DNA from: an uncultured Candidatus Bathyarchaeia archaeon
GTDB taxonomy: Archaea > Thermoproteota > Bathyarchaeia > TCS64
Reading direction: 5' to 3'
Assembly: GCA_964628765.1 (NCBI GenBank)
Contig: CAZVMT010000001.1
Coordinates: 1-54,998, forward strand
Length of the DNA: 54,998 bases
The translations under genes were made by a program, and so were the position numbers. Shown here piece by piece: positions 1 through 7,531 of the stretch. Numbering within the stretch: position 1 is the first letter of the stretch; each line of letters begins with the position of its first letter. The notes below the pieces were generated by a model, which saw only the letters and a list, made by a program, of their open reading frames with translations, searched no databases and was not told where the DNA came from.

Positions 1-55
1 AAGCCTGCCAGTGAGTGGAGATTTTACGTAGCGCACAACAGCGCGTCACCGAAGT
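1..55. repeat. Terminal overlap: 1-55 is identical to 54944-54998, indicating a circularly closed or terminally redundant contig with a unit length of 54943 bp
   Basis: The first and last 55 nt (aagcctgccagtgagtgg...gtcaccgaagt) are identical. Confidence 0.97.
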
Positions 56-165
56 CGGCAGCACGCGCTGAGCACGCCGCCGACCAGTGGCACGCCAACC
101 GGCTGGCGATGCAGCGTGCCGGACAACCACAGCGGCACGTGGTCGATGTGGTCGCCAGACTATAG
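1..165 (+). CDS. 3' part of a 94-aa hypothetical protein whose ATG is at 54824; the ORF crosses the artificial window junction
   Basis: The reading frame from 54824 continues through the 55-nt overlap to TAG at 163-165. Confidence 0.6.
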   Translation, partial: KPASEWRFYVAHNSASPKSAARAEHAADQWHANRLAMQRAGQPQRHVVDVVARL

Positions 166-218
166 CAGTAGTGCCCGCCCCGTCAAAACCAATATCACTA
201 CACCGGGGCGGTTTATAC

Positions 219-295
219 GGGCCTGATAGGTATCGACGGGCGTTAAGGCGCGCAAGCGCAGCGCTCGGAACCGGGTTCGACTCCCGGCAGGTCCA
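219..295 (+). ncRNA. tmRNA-like tRNA-like domain (TLD) without an mRNA-like domain, or an alanine-type tRNA mimic
   Basis: Acceptor GGGCCUG/CAGGUCC with G3:U70 and A73. The 5' GAU-AGGUAUCGACGGG and 3' UCGGAA-CCGGGUUCGACUCCCGG-CAGGUCCA closely resemble both ends of E. coli tmRNA as I recall it. The middle is only a short capped hairpin (247-265). No canonical D or anticodon arm is present. Confidence 0.6.
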
Positions 296-298
296 CTA

Positions 299-447
299 GG
301 GGCATCCGCGTAAATGGAGATACGCAGAAGTCGTGTGTAATGTAGGTGGAAACTCTTATGGTAAGAGTTTGGCGGTTAGTTGGCGTTCAATACGTCCCCA
401 CCCCCACACGATAAAACCGTCACCCGGTTCGAATCCGGGATGCCCCA
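299..447 (+). ncRNA. 149-nt tRNA-like RNA with canonical acceptor, D and T arms but an 86-nt multi-helix domain in place of the anticodon arm
   Basis: Acceptor GGGGCAU (299-305)/AUGCCCC (440-446) plus A447. D arm GCGU-AAAUGGAGAU-ACGC (308-325). T arm CCCGG-UUCGAAU-CCGGG (423-439). Internal helices are 331-337/405-411, 345-349/398-402, a 9-bp hairpin at 350-370 and a hairpin at 382-396. Confidence 0.55.
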
Positions 448-449
448 CA

Positions 450-473
450 AGCCCGACCGATTGCGGGCGGCAA
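450..473 (+). repeat. 24-nt direct repeat copy 1 (agcccgaccgattgcgggcggcaa) containing the hairpin GCCCG-N8-CGGGC
   Basis: Exact match to 649-672. Both copies are followed by a cggaagc box. Confidence 0.9.
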
Positions 474-648
474 TACGAAAGTTGCAACCGGAAGCCGAGT
501 AGTACCAGCCGCAAGCCGTGCGTACCGACGGCGATATACTGGCGGGCTGATGGCGAAAGCCGTGAGACGCTGCCGTAAGGTAAAACTACCAGTGTGTCAA
601 TCGTGGTATAGGGAACAAAGTGGCTTGCCGAAACGCCCCCTACTAACT

Positions 649-672
649 AGCCCGACCGATTGCGGGCGGCAA
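649..672 (+). repeat. 24-nt direct repeat copy 2
   Basis: Exact match to 450-473, 199 nt downstream, in an ORF-poor region. Confidence 0.9.
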
Positions 673-771
673 CACCCTGCACAATCGGAAGCTGTAAACT
701 TGGTTGTAAGAGTGCTCAGCAACCTCGGAATAAAAGCGGGCACCGGCTGGCCCACGATACGGGCCACCCAC

Positions 772-843
772 GCCAACCTAGCTCAATGGCAGAGCGGCGG
801 ACTTGTAATCCGCAGGTTGCCGGTTCAAGCCCGGCGGTTGGCT
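772..843 (+). tRNA. tRNA-Thr (anticodon UGU)
   Basis: Hand-folded cloverleaf. Acceptor GCCAACC/GGUUGGC. D stem GCUC/GAGC. Anticodon stem GCGGA/UCCGC with loop CUUGUAA. T arm GCCGG-UUCAAGC-CCGGC. Confidence 0.9.
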
Positions 844-936
844 TGTGTTGGCTCAAGACTGGCGGCACGTATCGCCCGTTTTGATACGCCGGGGCGCGGC
901 TCCTCCTCTCTGCGCCCCGGCTGCCCTGCTACCGTT

Positions 937-961
937 CGCCCGCACAGCGCGGGCGTTTTTT
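937..961 (+). terminator. Rho-independent terminator closing the RNA cluster
   Basis: CGCCCGC-acagc-GCGGGCG followed by T6. It is preceded by a 10-bp GC hairpin at 888-921. Confidence 0.8.
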
Positions 962-985
962 GATCCCGTAGACAAGGAGTGAGAT

Positions 986-1171
986 ATGCCTGACGATGTG
1001 CCGCGTTGCCCCTGGTGTAAAAGTCTGATGGTCAAGCAGCACTACGCCGACAGCGACCAGCGCGGCAAGCTGGTACGTGCGGTGTGGGTGTGCCTACGCT
1101 GCGAAACTGAGCGCGTCGGCAGTGCCCTGTACCGCGAACCCGTAGCGACCAAAGAAGAGCGGGCGCGATAG
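986..1171 (+). CDS. Small zinc-ribbon protein
   Basis: AAGGAG RBS. Contains CPWC...CLRC cysteine pairs. Confidence 0.7.
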   Translation: MPDDVPRCPWCKSLMVKQHYADSDQRGKLVRAVWVCLRCETERVGSALYREPVATKEERAR

Positions 1172-1364
1172 CAACAGCAACACCGCCGCCGGGGGCTACC
1201 CCCTGCGAGGGCCGGGACCACGCCAGCAATGGCAATGTCCCTAGCATACCCGTGACGTGCGTGAGGCTGTGTGGGTATCAGTCTAAAGCGCCCTCAACTG
1301 GACGGCCCCCGGTGGCAAGACATTATCTGTATCTAACCCAATCACACAATCATAGGAGCTTTCA

Positions 1365-1574
1365 ATGAGCAATACTAAGCAAGTCATCACAATGCGTGAG
1401 GGCACGTTGGCGCTAGACGAAAACAACATCTGGCGCGTTGTCGGACTCGGTAAACTGGTCGCCATTGAATGCATCGGCGGCGAGTGGGAATATCGGTGTG
1501 GTATGCGTACCGTGCCGCTGGGAACAAGTCAGCACGCGGCGTTCGTTGCCGCGTTGAATCTGGCGACGGCGTAA
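1365..1574 (+). CDS. Hypothetical protein
   Basis: ORF with a TAGGAG RBS. Confidence 0.6.
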   Translation: MSNTKQVITMREGTLALDENNIWRVVGLGKLVAIECIGGEWEYRCGMRTVPLGTSQHAAFVAALNLATA

Positions 1575-1730
1575 AGTGAGCGGCAACCGGGCGGCGTGGT
1601 GTCGCCCGCGCATCATACATTCCGCTTGGTTCAATATAAGACGTGGCATTCACGGCGGCGCTAGACTACATCACCGGACTGACTGACAAGTTTCCGCGAT
1701 AGGCCCTGACAATCTCACTTGGAGGAAAGC

Positions 1731-2579
1731 ATGAGCAACAAATTGACTGCAACAGATTGGCACGTGAGCATTACCCCGACAACCCGTGGCGACTTCCAAA
1801 CGCCTAATGGTATCCGCTACAACGTGACTTACCATAACGGCGGAACCCGCGCCATGTTGGAAGACTTGATCGCCGAACTGGACGCCAGCGCCGACTTGCT
1901 GACTCCTGCTGTGCCCGTGCAAACGGTGACGACTTCGGCGGCACACGCGCCAACCAACACACCAGGAGTCAACGCGCCCGCCAATCCCGACGGACTGCCG
2001 ACGCAAAACGTTTTTGGCATTGGCGACCTGCCCATCGGCTCACGGTTTACCCACATGGTAGATCGTATCGTTATGGGTGCGACTACCAATGGCAACACGA
2101 AGGGTGACGTGTACCCGGTGAATGCTAAGTGGCCGCTTGGTACCGTGTTTGCTGGCCGGGAAGGCGCGAACTTTGCCGCCATCCAGCAGGCGACCGGCAT
2201 TGACCTGAGCACGGCCACCGGCGCAATTGAATTCAACCCACCGGTGCCCATGCAGTTTGAAGTGGGAACAAAACAGAAGAAAGACAGCCCGAACTATTAC
2301 ATTAACTGGGTTGGCATGGCAAGCGCCGATGACAAGCAACCCGCCACCACCGCAACCACAACCGGCAGTGAGACATGGGCGCAGGACGACAAATCACGAC
2401 AGGGCTTTATCGCCTGGGCGAATAAAACGCACGGGATGACCGAAACGCTGCTGCAAGACTGTTTCACCGTTGACGACTTGTCCAGGTTGACATGCAGCAA
2501 GAGCGAGGCTATGACGGCAGTCGCTGCTTATGCCAAGCGCAACGCCAATAGTGAGGCTAGCGGCGACATCCCTTTTTAG
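1731..2579 (+). CDS. SSB-like protein with a C-terminal DIPF tip
   Basis: GGAGG RBS at 1721-1725 before ATG 1731. The C-terminus ...EASGDIPF matches the conserved SSB tail tip (DDDIPF in E. coli). Confidence 0.55.
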   Translation: MSNKLTATDWHVSITPTTRGDFQTPNGIRYNVTYHNGGTRAMLEDLIAELDASADLLTPAVPVQTVTTSAAHAPTNTPGVNAPANPDGLPTQNVFGIGDLPIGSRFTHMVDRIVMGATTNGNTKGDVYPVNAKWPLGTVFAGREGANFAAIQQATGIDLSTATGAIEFNPPVPMQFEVGTKQKKDSPNYYINWVGMASADDKQPATTATTTGSETWAQDDKSRQGFIAWANKTHGMTETLLQDCFTVDDLSRLTCSKSEAMTAVAAYAKRNANSEASGDIPF

Positions 2580-2605
2580 CGCGCGCCCCCTCGTGGGGCG
2601 CTGAC

Positions 2606-2872
2606 GTGATAGACGCCATCATTGAGCGCGTGCCACGCTACCGCAGCGCGCACCCCCGGCGCGTGCTCAATGCCCTGAAAAAACTCGAAACCTCCAACCG
2701 CTACAATATCATTATCGATAGACGGCAAACGGTTGGCGCGATCCTGTTTGCCGTCAACCAATACGCCGCCATTCGTGACGCGGAGGATGATTGCGAATAT
2801 GACAGTGACGACGAAGGCGAGATGCAGGAAATCCTCGACGAAAACAATTGCTGGGGTTTCTGGGAACGATAA
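2606..2872 (+). CDS. Hypothetical acidic protein
   Basis: GTG-start ORF in the co-oriented gene array. Confidence 0.5.
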   Translation: MIDAIIERVPRYRSAHPRRVLNALKKLETSNRYNIIIDRRQTVGAILFAVNQYAAIRDAEDDCEYDSDDEGEMQEILDENNCWGFWER

Positions 2873-2887
2873 CCACAGGATGAACCT

Positions 2888-3736
2888 ATGACCGTATCAG
2901 AATACACGATCATTGACCGGGCAACTGATGCAAACGGGCGGGTGATCATCCCGCCCCACCTTGCCCTTGAGTTCACCAGCGATGACGAAGCCGACGCAGC
3001 GCTGATCGACCGCGCAGCATCGCGGCGCATTATCGCATGGCAGGAATCAGACATTATCGCGGGCAGGATATTGCTGGCGCTCAACCGGTGTTCAACCGCG
3101 ACCGACCGACGCAGCACAATGGACGCGAAGCTGCGCCACTATGCGCACCTGTTCGGAGACATCCACCGGGAAACCGCACGCAAGCGCTTCAAGTGCGGCT
3201 ACTGGTTTCCGCCGACAACTGCCGACGGCCAGCTTGTGCGTGTGCCGGACAAACCGATCACGCTCTATGAAAACGCGCTGGTCGCGCTGCGGTACGACGA
3301 TGACCCAGTGGCCTGGGTGCTGTGGGCCATCGACAACGACATCCCGGCCCACAAGGTGCGCCAGTACATCGAGGCGGCGCACAGCGAAGGCCCGGCGGTG
3401 ATCACCACGCGCCCGCTATTGTTCGACGGCTCGCTGCCGGTAGACAGTTTACGGGTGCCGCACGTCAACGAGAGTCTGCGGGTTGCGCTGGTCTCAATGG
3501 CGACCGACCCAACGCTGACACACGTCACGGATCACAACGTGCTCCTGGCGGTTACGGTGGTCGCGCATGTTGCCGACGCCGTGCATACCGCGCTGCTGAG
3601 CGGCACGCTGGACAGACACGGCGACCTGACAGCGCTCACGGTTCGTGTGCTGGCTGAGTGCGAACAGGCCGCGCCGGAACGTGACGAAATGCCGGTGGCT
3701 GAAAACGCCGCCCTGGCGGTGTTGGAGGCGGTCTGA
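2888..3736 (+). CDS. Hypothetical protein
   Basis: 282-aa ORF with GGA-rich upstream sequence, tightly packed with its neighbours. Confidence 0.65.
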   Translation: MTVSEYTIIDRATDANGRVIIPPHLALEFTSDDEADAALIDRAASRRIIAWQESDIIAGRILLALNRCSTATDRRSTMDAKLRHYAHLFGDIHRETARKRFKCGYWFPPTTADGQLVRVPDKPITLYENALVALRYDDDPVAWVLWAIDNDIPAHKVRQYIEAAHSEGPAVITTRPLLFDGSLPVDSLRVPHVNESLRVALVSMATDPTLTHVTDHNVLLAVTVVAHVADAVHTALLSGTLDRHGDLTALTVRVLAECEQAAPERDEMPVAENAALAVLEAV

Positions 3737-4185
3737 TGGTAACTACAGCTACCATATCCACAACGCCCCGCAGCGGGCGCGTTACAACATGTAACGGCAT
3801 ATTCGAGCGGACTTTGTCCGAGCTAATGGCGCTGCGTATGCGCGGTTTATCGTATGAGCAGATCGCCACGCGCTACAGCGTCAACCGGGCCACTGTCTAC
3901 CGTGCAGTAAATGGCGCATGGTCCGACGCGCTGGTGAGTGCCGTCACGGGTGAACACTGGCGCACGGTCCCGGCGCGCGTCAAGCTGCCGGGCGACTACG
4001 CACCGCCTGATGAGTTGGTGTTGGAGTTGCGGCGGTGTGACGTGAGCGATGAATGGTTCACGCCATGCTGCGCCTCACAGCGGTTCGCGCCGGGACTGAG
4101 TGAGGCCGTCAAACGTGCGGCGCGCCGGGACATCGACAAGGCGCGGGATAAGTATGCCCGGATGGGCGGAGACTGGGGGAAGTGA
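3736..4185 (+). CDS. HTH DNA-binding protein
   Basis: Helix-turn-helix-like segment LSYEQIATRYSVNRATVYRAV. Confidence 0.6.
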   Translation: MVTTATISTTPRSGRVTTCNGIFERTLSELMALRMRGLSYEQIATRYSVNRATVYRAVNGAWSDALVSAVTGEHWRTVPARVKLPGDYAPPDELVLELRRCDVSDEWFTPCCASQRFAPGLSEAVKRAARRDIDKARDKYARMGGDWGK

Positions 4186-4191
4186 TCCCGG

Positions 4192-4220
4192 TTGCAATTG
4201 AGCGCGTGATCTGGTAAAAT
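4192..4220 (+). promoter_or_regulatory. Sigma70-type promoter (TTGCAA-17-TAAAAT) upstream of the replication module
   Basis: Hexamers and spacing read directly from the sequence. Confidence 0.5.
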
Positions 4221-4229
4221 AGGCGTAGT

Positions 4230-4307
4230 CCTGACAAGACACTGTGCAAAGTTTTTGTTTGCCCCAAAAGGCCCGGTCATCTGTGACGCTTTGCATGTCT
4301 TGTCAGG
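4230..4307 (+). promoter_or_regulatory. Long imperfect inverted repeat in the leader of the replication operon
   Basis: cctgacaagaca(ctg)tgcaaag at 4230-4251 pairs with ctttgcatgtcttgtcagg at 4289-4307. Confidence 0.6.
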
Positions 4308-4394
4308 ACGGCAAACACACAGGTGGGCGGGCTTTTTGTTACCCCGCCACCAACGACCTCGCCGCCACCCGGTGGCCAGATGATGAGGATCACA

Positions 4395-5255
4395 ATGAGT
4401 AAGCTCCTAATTGATGAACACCCCTTGCAGGTTCTTCCGTCGTTGGCTGTTGCCATCGGACTCAATGAAGCCATTATCTTGCAGCAAATCCATTATTGGC
4501 TGAAATTAGCCGAGCGCGGAAATTCTATAGATAAATACCATAGCGGCAAATGGTGGGTTTACAACAGCTATGAGCAATGGCAGGTTGATAACTTTCCATT
4601 CTGGTCTGTAAGCACCATTGGGCGAGTTGTTCGAAGCCTTGAGAAAGCCGGCCTTATCATTAGCCGGAAGATAAAAAGTAACCAATGGGATCATCGCAAG
4701 TGGTACACGATCAATTATGAAACACTGAAGGTGTTAGAATGCAACGATCGATCGTGTCAAAATGACACGATCGGAACAGGTCAAAATGACACGATCTTAC
4801 AAGAGACTACTACAGAGACTACTACAGATACAAAAGACTCTACCGCTGGCGCGGTGCAGCCACCTCAACCTGATGGCAAAAAAGCAACACGCCCCCGCGA
4901 TCTGCTGTTTGATGCGATAGCCGAGCATTCATTTGGCATCAAGCCCGGCACGACCATCGGCGCAGCTACAGCCAAGCGTATCGGCATGGTGAAAAAAGAG
5001 ATCGCCACGTTTGACCCGCCAGTTGAACCAGATGAGTACCGTCTGGCTTGTGTGGCATATCAACGCCAGAAGATAACCCCGGCCCGTGACCCGGTGAAGG
5101 TGCTGGCGATGCTTAACGAGCACCGCAACAAACACGACCGGCTGATGCGTGAAGTCCCCCCCGCCCCGCCAGCGCCTGACGACGGCGTGTATTTCCCGGT
5201 AGACGACTATCGGCGCGTAGACTCTGACGGCAACTGGATAGGAGAGACGGCATGA
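4395..5255 (+). CDS. Putative replication initiator or origin-binding protein
   Basis: GAGGA RBS before ATG 4395. The N-terminal segment is winged-helix-like. The gene lies immediately upstream of, and overlaps, the primase-helicase gene. Iterons lie inside its linker-coding region. Confidence 0.55.
   Translation: MSKLLIDEHPLQVLPSLAVAIGLNEAIILQQIHYWLKLAERGNSIDKYHSGKWWVYNSYEQWQVDNFPFWSVSTIGRVVRSLEKAGLIISRKIKSNQWDHRKWYTINYETLKVLECNDRSCQNDTIGTGQNDTILQETTTETTTDTKDSTAGAVQPPQPDGKKATRPRDLLFDAIAEHSFGIKPGTTIGAATAKRIGMVKKEIATFDPPVEPDEYRLACVAYQRQKITPARDPVKVLAMLNEHRNKHDRLMREVPPAPPAPDDGVYFPVDDYRRVDSDGNWIGETA
4744..4826. repeat. Iteron cluster (candidate origin of replication)
   Basis: Palindrome acgatcgatcgt (4744-4755). 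Inverted repeat cgatcgtgtc-aaaat-gacacgatcg (4749-4773). 17-bp direct repeat gtcaaaatgacacgatc at 4756-4772 and 4780-4796. Tandem gagactactaca x2 (4803-4826). Confidence 0.7.
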
Positions 5256-7237
5256 CGCTAGAGATACTGAGGCAGCGCGGGCTACTGGACGCGGCGCTGG
5301 CGGCGGGATGGGTTGTCGATGGCAACGGGTGGAGCTACCCGGTGTTTAACGCACGCGGCCAGCCGTACATGGTAGACGGCACGCCGGTTCGCCGCTGGAA
5401 GTCGGCGGACGGCAGCAGCCCGAAGTACTTGTGGAAACCACGCAAACCGGCGGGCGTGCGCTACTACCTGCAACCCGACACGGTGGCCGCGATTGATGAT
5501 GCCAGTGTGTTATTCCTTGCCAGTGGTGAACCGGATGTGCTGGCGTTTCGAGCGGCAGGTACCACGAACACGCTGTGCTGGTTCGATGGCGAAGGCAGCG
5601 TGCCGCCTACGCTGGTAGCGGACTTGCAGCGGCTGAATGTGGCGGCGGTAAAGTATTACCCTGACCGCGACCGGACGGGACTGGAAACAGCCGCCAAATT
5701 ATTGGCGGTGTTTGCTGGTAGCGGAATCAGTTTTTCCGCCTATGAACTGCCCGCCAGTATGGGAAGCAAATACGACATCAACGACCTGTGGTGTGATTGT
5801 GACTGTGACGCCGAGCGGTTTGCGATTCGGCTGATGCAGCTGCCGCAGGTGAGCACGACCGACTTGTACTTATACGGCAGTTCGGCCAATGACGCACCGG
5901 CACCGCTTGGCAGCGGCGGTATCACGCGGATTGATGCGAAAGCGCTGCATCGTGAGTGGATAGGCAAGATTATCGATGCGCTAGGCCAACCGGTTAAACG
6001 TGAGGGAAATGTGGACCGGTGGCACTGTCCAACCGGGCGGCACGTCAATGGTGACCGCAACCCTAGCTTGCGGATAGCCACCGATAAGAATCCCGACTTC
6101 CCCTGGCCGGTGTGTTCGTGCGAACTACACGAGGAAGCCGACGCGTGGAGTATCTTAGGCGCGGCGTTAGGTGTGGATAGATGGCAGGAATTCAAGGCAC
6201 GAAAACGCGCCGAAGGTTACGAGGTGGCAGACGACATCGCACCGCCAATGGTAGCTAGAGTCTCTGGTGGCGAAGATGAGCATGGCGCGAATTTTGTTAC
6301 CAGTTCTAGCGCAATTAAAAACGTGCGCTTGTTGTTGCGCGGTGAAATTGAGATTGATATTCCGCCGATGATTTTCCCGTTTAACAGGCTGCATCAGTTT
6401 GACGGTAGTGCATGGATTTCGATGCCGCGAAAGCTGACGTATGTTCTCGGCGTGTCGGGCGGCGGCAAAACATTTTTCTCGGAGCAGCTTGACGCCAATA
6501 TGCGAAAGGATGGATATGACAGTTTGTATTGGGGGCCTGAGTGGTCGCCGGAAGAAATGGTTTACCGATCTATCCAACGGGCGGGCGGGTCCAGCCAGCA
6601 GCGTGTTTTGCTGCATCATCTGTGGACCGCCGATAAGCAAGCCGGTGTCCCCGATCATCTAAACCGGGGCGAACAGATCGGGGCGGCGGCTATTGAGCGC
6701 GACGAGAGTATATTAAACAGCATCGAGCGGTGGCCGGGTATGACTCACTATATCGACGAAAGCGACCTGCCGCCCACCGCGTTAGTCGTTGAAATTCGCA
6801 AGCATGTTAAAAATTTGCGGAGTGAGGGCCGTAAGGTTCAGTCGCTGTTTATCGACTACCTGCAACTATGGAACAACAGCGGCGGCAACGAAGAGGGCGC
6901 ACTAGGCCCTGAGCGGGCGGTTAACCAGATCAAGCTGCTTATCCAGTCATTGGGATTGTTCGGGTTTATCGTTCTGCAACCGCGCAAGGGTGACAGTGAG
7001 CAGGCCCGCGAGGGCGAAGTGCTCCACCACGCCAGCGCGCAGGGATTAAGTGATCAACGTTGTAACCTGATGCTTGGCTTGACGCCCATCTTTGATGAGG
7101 ACGGTTGCAAGTTGAACGAGGCAAAGATAGCCGTGCTCAAAAATTCGATGGGCAACACTGGCAGCATTCGAGTCCCGGTTGATTGGCCGAAACTGCTGTG
7201 GCATGACGTGCAGCACAGTACCGCACCGAAACTTTAG
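5252..7237 (+). CDS. Bifunctional DNA primase/replicative helicase (Toprim, CHC2-like zinc finger and DnaB-like domains)
   Basis: Toprim-like SGEPD...YYPDRDRTG. Zinc motif HCPTGRH...CSCELH. Walker A GVSGGGKT. DnaB-type Walker B LFIDYLQL. Confidence 0.85.
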   Translation: MTLEILRQRGLLDAALAAGWVVDGNGWSYPVFNARGQPYMVDGTPVRRWKSADGSSPKYLWKPRKPAGVRYYLQPDTVAAIDDASVLFLASGEPDVLAFRAAGTTNTLCWFDGEGSVPPTLVADLQRLNVAAVKYYPDRDRTGLETAAKLLAVFAGSGISFSAYELPASMGSKYDINDLWCDCDCDAERFAIRLMQLPQVSTTDLYLYGSSANDAPAPLGSGGITRIDAKALHREWIGKIIDALGQPVKREGNVDRWHCPTGRHVNGDRNPSLRIATDKNPDFPWPVCSCELHEEADAWSILGAALGVDRWQEFKARKRAEGYEVADDIAPPMVARVSGGEDEHGANFVTSSSAIKNVRLLLRGEIEIDIPPMIFPFNRLHQFDGSAWISMPRKLTYVLGVSGGGKTFFSEQLDANMRKDGYDSLYWGPEWSPEEMVYRSIQRAGGSSQQRVLLHHLWTADKQAGVPDHLNRGEQIGAAAIERDESILNSIERWPGMTHYIDESDLPPTALVVEIRKHVKNLRSEGRKVQSLFIDYLQLWNNSGGNEEGALGPERAVNQIKLLIQSLGLFGFIVLQPRKGDSEQAREGEVLHHASAQGLSDQRCNLMLGLTPIFDEDGCKLNEAKIAVLKNSMGNTGSIRVPVDWPKLLWHDVQHSTAPKL

Positions 7238-7252
7238 GACAGGGAGAGTACA

Positions 7253-7510
7253 ATGGCAAGCAGTGATAGTTATGACGTGTTGGAATGGGCAATTAACCAG
7301 ATGCAGGTTTGCGGGTATCTTGACGATGATACTGATTTTTACGACGCGATTCAAGCGTGGTATCAGGACGCTTACGACGACGCATGGCCGCAGGACGAAA
7401 GCCGAACACCGCGCCCGACTGAAAGCGAGATTGATTTTCTGATTGCGCTGGCATCGTTATCGATTGAGGAAGTCAGCGACCTTAAGGATTCCTATTGGTT
7501 GCTGAGGTAA
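7253..7510 (+). CDS. Hypothetical acidic protein
   Basis: GGGAGAG RBS and a compact ORF. Confidence 0.6.
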   Translation: MASSDSYDVLEWAINQMQVCGYLDDDTDFYDAIQAWYQDAYDDAWPQDESRTPRPTESEIDFLIALASLSIEEVSDLKDSYWLLR

Positions 7511-7531
7511 CGGAGAACAGGGAGGTATTTT

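Noticed and set aside
219-295. Interpretation of the tmRNA-like element as an attP core for integration into host ssrA
   Set aside because: An attP remnant would carry only the 3' part of ssrA. Here both the 5' and 3' halves are present and pair with each other, and no integrase gene is found in the genome. I keep it only as an alternative in the finding.
87-963. Plus-strand ORFs 87..299, 333..578, 550..963 and 660..884 in the ORF track
   Set aside because: They have no RBS and their composition is Arg/Pro/Gly-rich. They overlap a clean tRNA-Thr, two tRNA-like RNAs and terminator hairpins, so the region is better explained as an RNA gene cluster.
4756-4826. Possibility that the short direct and tandem repeats represent a CRISPR array or a minisatellite
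   Set aside because: Only two copies of each unit are present, there is no repeat-spacer periodicity, and the repeats lie inside a coding linker. Iterons fit better. No CRISPR-like array was seen anywhere in the window.
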